From Azolla caroliniana (lineage: Eukaryota; Plantae; Polypodiophyta): a DNA stretch of 64,000 bases. The DNA lies in NCBI GenBank assembly GCA_043228905.1, contig JBHGNT010000020.1, positions 7,378,001 through 7,442,000 on the forward strand, read 5' to 3'. The notes under the pieces are model-generated. The model did no database searches and was not told where the DNA came from. It saw only the letters and a list, made by a program, of their open reading frames with translations. The position numbers and the translations under genes are program-made. Below, piece after piece: positions 1 through 13,137 of the stretch (position 1 is the stretch's first letter; every line of letters begins with the position of its first letter).

Positions 1-260
1 TAGCGTCCGGTGACCTATTCGGATGCCGTTTAACCGAATGAAGCACGATTGGGTCGGTTGTTGCACAAGGAGCTCCCCTCAAGCGGTTACAATCACAGGA
101 ATAGAGTACAGCTGGCTGGCTTACTCCAATTTGTGATTTAACACAGTGAGATGCGAGCTTTTTGTTTTTCTTCTTCCTTCTCTGTTCTTCAAGGAAAACG
201 AAAACAGAATGTTGTGTGGTGTACTATGACGGCCGACAGCGGGTTGAAGAACCTCCAACA

Positions 261-582
261 CTCTGATACCAAATGTTGGGGACAAGGCTGTCAATGCGGA
301 AGTGCAAGCAACATTCGTGATGAAGAAGAACTTGTGTATGCGTATGCGTATGAGCAAGATAGACACAGAGGGAGAGAGAGAGAGAGAGAGATAGGCATAA
401 AGAGATGTTTTATTCCTCAATAGCAACAACTACAACAACAACCTTTTCTAAAAGTTACAAAGTCACTTTATATAGTGACTGTCCTAGGGCAACTGCCCTT
501 TATGCTATTTACAGAAATAGCCCAAACTTGGGTTGTCCAAAGGGACAGTGTGAATACGGCCGTTATACACTCGTATTCGACA
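261..582 (-). mobile_element. 5' LTR (274-582) and tRNA-Met PBS (261-271) of a Ty1/copia element that runs off the left edge
   Basis: CTCTGATACCA is the reverse complement of TGGTATCAGAG. The LTR has TG..CA ends, and its start (TGTCGAATACGAGTGTATAACGGCCGTATTCACAC on minus) resembles the LTR at 41212. Confidence 0.85.
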
Positions 583-1907
583 ACAGGAGCACCTCAACCG
601 ATTACGACTATGCCTGGAATGATGTCGGCAAGCTTGACTAAGCCTCAATCCCACGAAAGGCGCATTTGGCGTATCTAGCGGCGCCCTACTTGGGCATATC
701 GTGACTCGGGAAGGGATGGCAATGGACCCCGACAATGTCAATACTATTTTGGCCACTCCGGCCACAACAACTGCGAAAGCCCTCGATTGATTTTTAGGAC
801 AAATTCGATGGCACAACCGTATGCTCCGCCACTTGGCCGACTTCGCGACTCCCTTACATGCGGAGGTTCACCGAAAGCCCTTTCGATGGACATCAACAGA
901 GGATGAAGCCTACATGGCCCTGAAGATTATTTTGTCTCACGCACCTATAGTACAACCACTCGATTGGTCACAAACTTTCCACGTGTTCGTCTATGCATTA
1001 GACGTGGCCATCGGTAGCGCACTCATGCTGATGACGTTCCCTAATAGTATCAACCAATATACTACGCCAATTGATGTCTCTCAGCCACCGAAAAGAATTA
1101 CTTGACTAAGGAGAGCGAAGCGCTTATGATGATATATAACATTACCTTCTCGGCTGAAAATTTACTTTTCATGTCGACCACTTGGCGTTACTTTACTTGG
1201 TAACGAAGCAATCTCTTATAGGCAGGTTGGCTTGATGGATGCTATTACTACATGAATTCGAATTCGACATCCATCATCGCCTAGGGGTCCAACATGATGT
1301 GGCCAACTACCTCAGTCACCTCGAATCGGGGGAGCTAGTCGAAGCCGTACCCAATGATCTTCCAGATGCTGAGATTTTTGGAATATCCTCGAGACCGCCT
1401 AATCCAAATATCGAAGACAAGTGGATTGATGAAATGACTCACTTCCTCAACACCGGTCTCCCCCCTTGAGGAATTGTCCCTCGACAAAAAGAAGCGACTA
1501 GTCGTCTGTAGTCGGAATTTTTGTTTACTTCATGACACCTTATACCACAGGGGCGCGGATGGCATATGGCGCTGATTAGTCTAAGAATTCGAAAAAGACG
1601 CCATCCTTCGTGACGCACATTATGGAATAGCAGGAGGACATAACGCCAGTGATGCTACAACTCACAAATTCTGGCAGAGTGGATTATGGTGACCGACAAC
1701 ATAGAAAGATGCTCACCAATTTTTTCGAAAATGCGATCTCTACCAACGAATGGGCCAACGAAGTACATTATTGTTGCAATTGACTACTGCACCAAGTGGA
1801 TCGAAGTGAAAGCGCTTTGGGATAACATGACCGCCTCCATGGTGAAATTCTTCTACGAATACCTCTAGTGTAGATTCAACTGTCCCATTGAATTAATGAG
1901 CAACCAA
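583..1907 (+). pseudogene. pol: Degenerate Ty3/gypsy pol fragment (RT end, RNase H, integrase), same family as 26810-30763
   Basis: Fragments MLRHLADFATPLH, LLLHEFEFDIHHR and YIIVAIDYCTKWIEVKAL match the intact pol, with many stops and frameshifts. Confidence 0.9.
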
Positions 1908-2339
1908 TGTCATAAGACTTCGCGAGTATGTGTCCGAATGGGGTGGGACTACCGGGGTCCTAAACAAAGGAGCCAGTAAAGATGGGGTAAGCGGGAGAGA
2001 AGCGTCTATCCAGATCAGCTTCGGGATATAAGGATAAGGAATATTCCGTTAGCTTTGAAGGTTTTTTTAACTGATCCGCAAAAAATGTGATACCTATATC
2101 ACATGTGCTCAAAGACTCAATGGAAAAGTTTAAAATCTCACCATGTCATAAAATGGAAAATTCACATAATTAGGCCAATGTCACTTATTTACACCATGTT
2201 TTTTACCATAAAATTAACAACTCATGGTTTTTATAACAAACAATAATCACAACAAGTCCTTGATTTCAAAATAATTTAGCTTTGTATCATTTGAGTTCTT
2301 ACAAGCTTATATTGTTGACCGTTCATGACAAAAATACAA

Positions 2340-5100
2340 TCAAGAGTTATTCCTCTCATAAGAATCACTACTATAGAGCCTAGTATACAATGGTGATTCA
2401 TCCCCCTCCTCATCAGATGTACTAGTCAAAGCATTGTCTTCATCCAAAAGAAAGTGTTGTGACTCCAAATCATGTGTAGAAGATTTGGTTCGCCTTCGAT
2501 TTGAGAAGCCCTTTAGAATTAGCAATTTTTCTTTTATTATATCTATTGTTGACTTGCATAAATGTTCAACTTTTGTTAGTGTAAAGTCATACACAATGAT
2601 ATCCACTTCTTGCAGGTCAAGGGTCGATGTGCTATGAATATTTCTTTTCCGGTTTCCATTTCCTCTTGATGTTGGGCATTCCATCATCTCCAATGTATAC
2701 TTGCTTGTAAATGCATTCTTGCTTTAAATTAGTGTTTTACCAATGCACCTTTGTAGACTTTATTTGAATTTGGTTTTCATGCATCACCACCTCCAATACC
2801 TTACCAATCCAGAATTGGTGCCCTAGGTCATTATTATCTACAGGTGTGACAATAAACATCCCAACCTTTATCTCGTGCGTGTTTCCTTGCCATCGAGCTT
2901 CTATTGCTTTTGTGACCCTCGGTCCCACATAAATATCTCTTTTTTGTGGATGAAGCAAGTTGTCAAGATCCACATTAGGTGCATGAGGTGGTGTTTGAGA
3001 ATTAGGCGTGTGTTGTATACACCATGTAAATGGTATTTGCAAGGGCCAAATACCAGTGAAGGAATTATCAATAATTCCTTGTTGATCGCTAAAGAAGATG
3101 TCCCACCATGAGGTATCCTGTGGTCCAACATACTTCTTTTCATGATCAATGTGCTTCATTTTGTTTTGTAAGGCTAGCATCCAAAATTTCCTTTGTTCAT
3201 CTTCCAAGTCACTATGCATTTCCTTTTTAGTCTCAATCGGCATTTTCTTTGCACCATAAACAGTAGTAGATGGCATATGAAGCAAAAATTGGTAACCACC
3301 TTCTGGCTCCCATTGTGGGGAAGATGAATATTGCTTTGCATGCAACAACTTACAACCACTTATATCATTTTTCTTTATCAAGAATACATGATTGAAGCTA
3401 ATATTGTTCAATTGGGCTAACACTTTTAGATTCCCCTTCCTGCGATCTGCTATGTATCTCTCAAAGTCATATATCTCCTTTAAGTGGATCACATTCGGAC
3501 GTGGTGTATATGCATCACAAATGATGTCGATTCGCTGACCACTCTCTTTTCTTTTTATTGACCAGCAGTCAGAAACATTGTGGCCAGCTTTCCTGCAGTG
3601 TGTGTGACCAACCAAAAGGAAGTTGACTTTCACTTTCTTAAACACACCCTGTTTTACCAACATACTCAAATATCCAAAGATAGTTGAATTCTTGTTCTCC
3701 CTAGTAATGGTGTCCAATTGAATGTAGAGAACAGGGGGCAACGGGTGCCCCAATTCATTAGAACCCTTTGAATCATAGTAACTATTAAGTTAGGGTCGTT
3801 ATGGACATTGGGACAGGTAATGAAGATGTGAGGTTTAACAGTCCCATTATAAGCCAAAAAACCCACCAAGTGCATCTGAACAAGACATTCGTCAATCAAG
3901 TCTTTCGGAAGCCGCCTAAGATGAGGTAGACACGTCTTCTTCTGGTTCATACTATCAATCATTAGATACATATATTGCTCCGGTTTCTTCAACGACTTCT
4001 CTTTGTGGTGCATCGCTTTTTTCCGCTCCAATGCTTGCGCTTCTTGATGAGCCTGTAACAACTTTTTATTGATTTCCTTCTCCTTTGTTGTTTTGGCACC
4101 TTTAGTCATGCTCTTGAAGTTTGCACAAATAGAACAATACCCCATGCACACTATCCGAGATATAACAACGTTAGTGAATATTGTTGACCACAATCTTGTG
4201 AATTGACTGTAGGTGACATATTTATCACTTGATGTTAACATATCGGATCTGTAGACATCATATACTTCTCTTCATGTGTAATTATCTGAAAGATGCAACC
4301 TACTAGTAATTGGCATTACTTCACAGTTATGCTTGAAGTAGTTCTTCATCCAACCGATTGCATTCCTTCCGGATGCACCCTTCATACTTGGAATATCGTT
4401 GTCATCGATATTGAGATCACCCTTGAGAACTCATTGTTGCACTCTATGTAATGTCAAGTTGCTAACACATAACGAAATCTTGAATGCAACTCTAGAACAT
4501 TGTAATCCATAGAAGATATAATACTCGAATGAGATCTTGATGTCTGACAATATGTCCTTCACCCACCATCTGCATGTGTGTCATAAGATGAGTGCCTTGC
4601 TCATCACCAATGAGAGAGAAATAGTATCGCCGTAATGACCACAACTTATCCTTTCCAATAGCAGACATGCAACCACGTGCACAACAAGTTTTGCTGACAT
4701 CTACTTTCAGTTGGTTCTTAGATGTCACGAGGGCAAAACTATCTCGGCTATTTCTATGTGGAACCCTCCTAAAAGGCATAGGGCTTGCCGATTGGATCTC
4801 TTCTACACATACTTTTGTTGCCTCATTTTGTTTGTTTGCACACGTTTGTTCAACACCCGCAACACTTGTGGCAGTTTGAATGTCATTCTCTTCATACCTT
4901 AAATCCTCATTGCAGTCGTACCCATCAGTCGAGAACTCATGACTTAGAGCGATAGTTGGCGGTTTCTTAGTAGTTGGTGTCCTATCACAATATTCTTCCA
5001 TAGAAAAAGGTGAAGTTGTCGACATAGGATATTCTTCCACAGAAAGTGATAAATTATCGGTCATTCTCACATTGTTAGAAGATCCTCTCAAATGACTCAC
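2340..5100 (-). pseudogene. Decayed Sola-like (DUF7869-type) DDD transposase of a DNA transposon
   Basis: Frameshifted ORFs carry CCxxGC..LRRYY..EQ, CxxC..HQEAQ, LMIDSMNQKKT.LP, LYIQLD...RENKN and FLLVGHTH, a motif order typical of Sola-like transposases. No convincing TIRs were found. Confidence 0.65.
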
Positions 5101-5419
5101 TATTGTTCAAATGAGGTGCTCTGGAGAAATGTATTAGAGCATATAACAAACCGCTAAAGGTAAACACAAACATATAAATATATATATATATACAATTAAT
5201 CAAATATCTATTTAAATATTATAGGTCATATATATAAATATTTACATCATAACTATATAGGTCATATATATAAATCTTTGTTCTTGCTCCGGCAGTTGAG
5301 AAAAATGAACGCTCGAAGTCGTGACTTTCACGGAGCTCTATTGAACGCATATGGCTACGAGAGACCGAAGGGACAAGGTCGGCCTGAGTTCGACCGGTGG
5401 GTGGCATCGGTGAATCATG

Positions 5420-6390
5420 AGCTTCTCAAAGCTCTTTTACCTCTTTGTAGATCGGTTCAGCCACCACCCGACAAAAGTACTCCAGCCTCATAGCTTCAAT
5501 CACACCTCTCGAATCCATCTCAGCATTGTAGGTGTCTAGAAAACTTTGGGCTATGCCCCCGTCGAAATAGCCGACTCGCTCGACCACGCTTTCAACGACT
5601 TGTTGGGTAGCATCTCATCTTTTACCTTCTCTCGAAAATTCCATCATCATTTTCGACATTGCCTTCATGAGATATTCCTCATCCATCTTCATCCTCCCCT
5701 GCTGCTCTTCACGTCGGGTTCACCAAATGATGTCGCGAAGATGTGCGTGCGTGAGTTAGCTTTAGCGGAACCACCGGGGTCTTAGACCGGAGAGGACGTT
5801 CGCGAACTTGTCGAAAAGATTTGATGATGTGGATAGGAGTCGAGGAAACCAATGTCACATTTTGAAAATATTGAAAGATTGACAATTATAAGAAGTATAA
5901 CAATATTCATCGACAGTAAAAGAAGAAGAAAAATAAGAAGTATATTTATAAGAAGAAGTATATTTTATATTGATGGTGATATCACATATTGAGCCCCCCC
6001 TTTACACAAGGCTTACGAGGGTTTTTATAGGTCTATCCATGCTTTTAACATGCACAAAACCAGGGGCTTGGACCCATGATTTTTGGGCACAGGGTGTTTC
6101 TTGTGGCATGCACAAAACCATGGGCTTGGAACATGGTTTTGTGCACACGATTTTGTACGGTTGTTTTCCTATGCCTTTTGAATATGAAAAGAAATACAAA
6201 ATATTTAAATTACTTGGTAGTAGCCCTAATGGTAAGATAAATGTAGGTTCAAATCTTGCTTGCACCCCTCTATATGCACTCGAATGCCACTAGGCCCTAT
6301 GATAATTTTTATATTTATAATCGTTTGTGTAATGTCCGTGGAATTACACTATTTCACAATTTCTCCCATTGGACAGGCAATATCACGACA
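5420..6390 (-). mobile_element. 5' end of a Trp-PBS gypsy element: LTR 5731-6390, PBS 5708-5725, gag fragment
   Basis: TTCACGTCGGGTTCACCA matches the recalled 3' end of plant tRNA-Trp. The LTR has TGTCGCGA..TCACGACA ends. The minus frame VVERVGYFDG..FLDTYNAE matches the gag at 10689. Confidence 0.8.
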
Positions 6391-6530
6391 TCGTTTGCTT
6401 TTGGATTGTATGCCGTCGTGAGTAAAAGCTTGACCCCTAGTCGATCGAATAACTCCTTGGCTTCTTGCGTGTCCAACTCCCCTCGGTCGGCCATGATCTT
6501 CCCACATCCATACTGGCTATCCTCGATCAG
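6391..6530 (-). pseudogene. Integrase fragment of the Trp-PBS gypsy family
   Basis: YGCGKIMADRGELDTQEAKELFDRLGVKLLLTTAYNP matches the integrase at 13138 and 46981. Confidence 0.85.
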
Positions 6531-8617
6531 GAACCGGATCCAGGGACATATCTGTAAATATGTTTTTGGTGTGCTTGTCATGGCCATATTTGTAAATAGT
6601 CCTAAAGTCATATAAGTATAAATATGACTTAGGGCAACCACTTTGTATAGTTGTTGTATGTTGTTGTTGAACAAGTGTATAAAGTCAGAGAGAGCTTGAG
6701 AGAGAGAGAGCGTGAGATACAGAAAGTTTTTCTGTTGTAACTGCTGGTTGGCGAAGATATAGGGCTCGAGGTCGTTGCCTCTAAGTCTCACATTGTATCC
6801 TCTCCTTATAGTGATAGTTGGAGTTAGTGGGCTCCCGTGGTTTTTCCCTATTAGGGTTTTCCACGTAAACATCCAGTGTCCTCTCTATTGTCTGTGTAAG
6901 TCTTTTAATATCCATTTTCTGCTTTCCTCCATGAAGTGATTGAGACTCGGTTGTGGCCATGCAAAGTTGTCCAACACGTTCTGGAGGTTCAGTTGAACTT
7001 GGTATCGGTCGGTCAGCTAGATGATGAAGGCTACACCGGTAGCATTTGGAACAGAGTCATATAGTTTTGCAATGGAAGCCTTATAGTGGCTCGAGCCTAG
7101 AAAATCAACACACTGTACCTGATGCATGCTCAGATCTACTAGGAGGAAGTGAACGTTGGCATCCGAGAGTGCCGGTGAGTTCTGGCACAAGCAGTTGTGC
7201 CACATGAGCCAGAAAGGGATGAGAAGACTTGCCGAAGATAACCTCAATTCGCAGGTGAAAGACATGCAAGTGCACTGATTGCTTGGCTGGCAAGTAGAAC
7301 CAAAACTCTTTCCGGTCGAGACCACCATCAAGACGGAATGCACCATTGGAACTTCTACATACCGATGTATGCCAAGTGGAGACAAAGTCACATTCCAGAT
7401 CACAATACTTCGTGATGTTCATAGACGACCACAACCGGAAGCTATGGGTCTCACCGTTGAAGATGAAGGACCAGGTGTTGTCTATCTTCAAGGAATTCCA
7501 TGTGAGGGTGGAAAGGGAAACCGGCCGGAAGTTGAAGGTGGTTCGAGCAGACAACGGAGGAGAATACCGGTGGCAGTTCGAAGAGTACTGTGGGTTGAAT
7601 TTACTGTGTTGAAGACACCAAAACTAAACGAATTGGCCAAAAGGATGAACTGGACTATGATGGAGCGAGTCCGAAGGATGCTAGCACATGCAAAGTTACC
7701 CAAGACATTTTGGGCTAAGGCGCTAATGACAATGACATACGTGATAAACAGATAACCCTCAACGCCCTTGGAAGGAGACTCACCGCAGAATGTATGGACC
7801 GGTAAAGATGTATCTTACCGACATTTGAAGGTGTTCGGTTGTCTCTCTTACGTGCATGTTGCAAAGGACAAGAGAGTGAAATTGGATCCAAAGTCCTGAC
7901 CATGCATATTCCTTGGATACAACGATGATGAGTTCGGTTATCGAGTGTGGGATTTGGTTGACAAGAAGGTCTTCCGGAGTCGAGACGTAGTCTTCATGGA
8001 AGACAAGAACATTGCCGACTAGGAGTCGGAGAAGAAGACGGTGGACTCTGGGCCAACCGACATAGATCGGTTGGAGGATAAAAGGACCCATCCGGCCGGA
8101 AGCTCTTCGGACACTCGAAGAACCAGATGACACTCAAAGAACAAGCCGGAGAACACTCGAAGAACCGGCCGGATTTGGACAAGAAATCGAACCGACCGAA
8201 GAAGAAGAATTGGACACCGGAACTAGACAAGACCCCGAATCGGATTCGGATTCGGAACAGACGGAGGAACCGGAGGCTGTGAACCAAGGAAGAAGATACC
8301 CTTTGAGAGAGAGAAGGCCCCCCTGGAGATTTCCGGATGTAGAGCATGTGCTGCTGATTGATGAGGGGGAGGCCGAAAGCTTCAAAGAAGCAAAGAAAGA
8401 CACCCACAACCGCAAGTGGTTAAGTGCCATGTAGGATGAGATGGATTCCCTAGTGATAGTTGGAGTTAGTGGGTTCTCGTGGTTTTTCTCTATTAGGGTT
8501 TTCAACGTAAACATCCTATGTCCTCTCTATTGTTTGTGTAAGTGTTTCATCTCCATTTTCTGCTTTCTTCCATGAAGTGATTGAGACACGGTTGTGGCTG
8601 AGCGCTATTCCGCACAA
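6531..8617 (+). mobile_element. Deleted Ty1/copia remnant: partial LTR, integrase region, partial LTR
   Basis: LTR pieces resemble 49981-50493. Peptides ELLHTDVCQV, LAHAKLPKTFW and RRYPLRERR..LLIDEGE match the intact copia at 51477. Confidence 0.85.
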
Positions 8618-9571
8618 TGACGACTTCTCCCCCCAGAAGGCAAGTCACGCCCCTTCTAGCTGGTCCAGTATCTTCTCACAATTGGCAATATGGTTGGCAA
8701 CCAGCTTCCGACACCCGTCCTCTCCAACCGATTCTTCATTTGTGTCCTTCGAACACCCCTTTATCGGGATGTCATCCAATAATGGCATGGCGATGTCTGG
8801 GATGCAATCCCTCAGCACCTTGTTCATCACATTCACCATGTGTGCGACCAAATTTGTACCTACTTGAGGTAGGGTACACATCCGAACTAAGCCAAGAGGG
8901 GTCCACATCGTCGTGATGTCCCTGGTTCCGATGGTTAGTTGGAACTAGTCGTACCCCGAGTATCACCGCCTGAGTAGATAGACCTTCCGGCAAAGGCTTT
9001 CGGGAACTCATTGATTGTGAGTCAGACCCCTACATTTCAAATGGTCACTTTGTTGACCGGCTACAGGTCCTGAATGAAGCACAACATGTCATTCTTCTTC
9101 GGCACTGTGAACCACCGATTCAAATATGGGGCACTCGACGGTTCGAGAATCCACATGTTGACCTTTTCCTTGAGTAGCTCCCTCAACTTCGGGATGTGAG
9201 CCCTCGGCACCAAAATTGGTTTGAGGTTCCACAGTACATGCGGTACCTTGAAGATCACCATTGGTTGGACTATTGTCGGGTCAACGCACCCGATCTCTTC
9301 CGGTGAGAATGCAAAGAATTTTCCATGCTTTTCGAGCATATTCTGAAACTGGTCCTCCTCTATGGGCAATAGGAAGCCACCCCCACCGATCTTCTACTTC
9401 CGTAGCGTTTGGTAGGTGAACCGGTACCCTATTCTTGATGGATCTCGGAAGCTTGGATCAGTCGCGACCCCCTTCATCTGCTGCAAGTGGCCTCACCTTC
9501 CGGTCCACAATCTTGTATCTCGTGTCGACTTCAGTAGTCCGACCCGACCCGACCATCCTTCCGAAGTCCGC
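8618..9571 (-). pseudogene. pol: RT fragment of the Trp-PBS gypsy family
   Basis: DTRYKIVDRKVRP, AFSPEEIGCVDP and MCTLPQ..LLDDIPIKG match 39155-40595. Confidence 0.9.
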
Positions 9572-10688
9572 TGTCGTGAAGATTTTCGGCAATAGTGTGA
9601 AAATCCCATAAAACGTACGAAATCGAGTATGAATCACATAATACAATAATTGTGAAGATAACATTTTAAATAGATTTAATATCTAAGTACAAAATGATGG
9701 AGGTTTCGAATGCACTTTATTACACGAGAAACGGACAACTAAATGTCAAGATATGAGGGTATCAAGTTTGTAAAAGGAAAAGAGAAAATTGTGAGATATC
9801 CCACATAGGCACGACAAATACAGCTCTCATCATATATAAGGTGGAGCAAAAGATATTATCCTTGTGTCTATGTGTGGAGTATAGAGAGTTCAAGGTAACT
9901 TGAACTAAGAGTGGAGGTGGGGTAGCTACTCGTAAAGGGTTTTAGCCAACCAAAACCGGACCGGCGATGGAGCCGGTGATCCGACGACATTCGGCACCGG
10001 TAACCGACGGCATCCGGCACCGGTATCCGGTATCCGGCGACGGCATCCGGCGACTAGATAAATAAATATATAAATATATATACATATTTACATATACAAG
10101 GAGGGCAAGTAAGGATTCAAACCTTGCACCTCCAAGTTAGGAGTCAATTGGCTTACCATTAAGCCATGCTATTTAGTTGAAATTATATTTCTATCATTGT
10201 ACTTTTACATGTAAATTCTCATACATGAGAGCTAAAATGAGTGACATGGTTATCATGCACCACATGTAATACATAAGCGCCAAATGGCAACCATGCAATT
10301 TATGCATGTCTTGTACCCTCACATGCATCATATGCATGAGAGCATCTATAAAAGAGGGAAGGGGGAGGAGAAAAGACACGGTTTTTTTTATGAAAATTAA
10401 GAGGAAGAAATTCGTTATCAAATTGATCGTGTAACTTGTTTCTTAAATCTAAAGTTAAAAGTTCAATCAATCTCTCTCAATCGTGTAATCTCAACTTCTC
10501 TCTTTCCCAATCTATCTTAAGTACTTTCTCGCCAAAGCTTGTATCGACTCTAAATCCTTCTGGTCCAGAACCCCGACGGTTCCGCCTCACGATCCGCGCG
10601 TAGTGACGGATCTTCACGACATAATTAAGTGGTGAACTCGACGTGAAAGAGGCGGTAGGAAGGATCAAGTCGAGATTAATACTTGGAG

Positions 10689-12884
10689 ATGGCGTCCTCA
10701 AGCAACCAAGCAAGAGAGCTCGAAAGGATGATGCTAATCGTCGAGCAAATGATGAAATCTCGAGACAACGACGCGAGCGTGGAGAAGGCTGTCGATCGTG
10801 TTGTAGAACTCGAGGGCCAATTCGATGGAAGGAACGTTACGAAGTTCCTTGATGCATATAGAAGGGAGATGAATCAGAGGGACGTGTCCGAGGCACGTGA
10901 AATCGCAAGCTTCAAGAGAGTTGTCGCCAACAACATCCAAAGACGCGTCATCGAGCTTCAAGAAGGTAAGACAACATGGTCTGAGTTCGAGAAAATGATA
11001 CTAGCGGAGTTCGTGACTGAAGACTCAACGAGGATGACTCGACATGCCCTGATGAAGTGGATAGAGAAGAAGAATAAGAAGATGAGCGTCTCGAGGGTGT
11101 ACGACGAATTCGACCAGATGTTTAGTCGTCTCCCCAATACGGACCAAGTGTTGCTTGAAGAGGACAAGACTTTGTACTTCTTGAAGGCCGTGGACATAAA
11201 GGATAGACGGGAGTTGGGGACTCTTCTCGAAGATGATACCCAAGCAAATGGGCTCATAGCGGACTAGATCGCGGTGAAGCGGGCATGCAATAGGCTCGAC
11301 AAGCGTCGCCAATGGGTTGATGACACCGACTTGACGGGACCGACTACCACGGAGAAAGCAAGACCGCCGAAAGTAGCTGAGCCGCCAAGACAAAGTAACG
11401 TGGAAGAAAAGAAGATTGATGATGACATCATTGAAGAGCTAGCGAAGAAGTTCTAGAAGGTCACGCTAGCCAACATGAATCGTCGGGGCCCTAAAGGAAA
11501 AGAACCCTTTAGATGCGTGTGGTGCGATAGCATGGACCACATGAGAAGGGATTGTGCGAGCCTTCGAGAGGCGATTCGACAAAATATCGTATACATAGAG
11601 GACAACATGATCTGCTCAAGCGAGACTAGAAGACCCCTACGGGTGAATTTCGGAAGAGGAGGAATGAAGAAATCTATGGAGGATGCTGATGCGACTCATG
11701 TGGATGCGATGCACTATGCTGCGTCGGCCGGAATAAGAGTCGGGAAAGACAAGACTGAAGCTGCTAGAGCGGGAGCAAAGTTTTGGACTTCCGTTCTCGA
11801 ATATGAGAAGAAGGGAAAAGTCACATCGAACGAGGTAGAGCTTGCGGACCGAAACGTGCAAAGCATAACCGGGTGGTCGGATCTGGTGGACGACAACACC
11901 ATACTCGCAGAGGTGATGTCCGACAACCACGAGGTGTTCGTCGAAGAAAAGAGAAAGAGAATAGAAGAGCAAGGCCGATCAAAAAGACATGAAACAAGGA
12001 ACGCGAAAAAGAAGGACGATACGGAGACGAGTTGACCTTTACAAACAGAGGAACGAGAATCAAGCCGAAAAGGGGAGCCAAGCATACGAGTTGAAGAAAC
12101 GGTTCGGCCCGTGAAGGTTGGTGTCGAAAACCCCACTCGGAGGACAAGGACTATACCTACCTATAAGCTAAGGTTGGACATAGAGCAGACGACGGACCTA
12201 AAGAAGATTCTCGAAGAAAGAGTTCTTGATAGCCACGTAACTTTGTCCTTGAGGGAATTGCTTGGCATTACGAAGGAGTTCCATGACACGATCGTGGACC
12301 TTGTAAAGAGAAAGAGACAACAATCGCACGAGGAAGAAGAGAAGCCGCAAAAAGCAAAAACGAATGCCATAACGATGGCAAGAGATGAAATTGATGAAGA
12401 TATGGTGGACAGCCACTACACTCGACCTCATTGGGCACGAGCGACAACGGAGACGCCGGTGAAGATCGGGGAGAAGAAAGAGACCGTCGTAGCCTTGATC
12501 GACCACGGCTCGGAGATCAACCTCATGTCAACCGACTTCTACAAAAAGGGAAGATGGCCAATCAATACAAACCACGGATGGAAGATTCGCGTGGCAACAA
12601 ATTCTACGGAGGATTTGTACGGAGCTTATCCCAATGTCAAAGTCACGATCGGGGATGTGGAGATGGATCAACACTTCTTCGTACAAGAATCAGCGTCACA
12701 TCCTGTTATCCTAGGGCAACCTTATATCACATCATCTCGGATGGAGACCAGAGTGTTCGATAATGGAGTAGACTTGGCACGAATAAAGAGTCTTGACAAC
12801 CAAAGATCGGTCCAATTCCTAACAGTGCGAGCCAATCATGAAAGGAATCGAGATAGTCTCGGAGGCGAATCCTCGGATTTTTAG
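10689..12884 (+). pseudogene. gag: gag-protease of the Trp-PBS gypsy, with in-frame stops
   Basis: All ORF pieces lie in one frame. They include the zinc knuckle CVWCDSMDHMRRDC and the protease motif ALIDHGSEINLM, and end at GGESSDF-stop. Confidence 0.85.
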
Positions 12885-13137
12885 AGCGGACTATTGAAGC
12901 ATGGGGCACAAATAGTCCGAGAAATCACAAGACCCCACAAGAAAGAAGAGTGCGTGGATTGCAAGGAGAAGCAACATGTGTCGCACCTAGTGGCGCATGT
13001 AAACTAGTACTACCCGACAGGAAGCACAAGCGCCGGATACAAGAATTCAAGAAGATGCTGAAAGAAGAGAACATAATAGAGAAGACCTAACAAGCCAAGT
13101 AGAAGGGTGGGCCTTAGCAAAAAAAACGACGGCGGGG

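Noticed and set aside
2058-5314. Terminal inverted repeats of the Sola-like element
   Set aside because: Only a weak partial match near 2058-2080 and 5289-5314, with no TSD.
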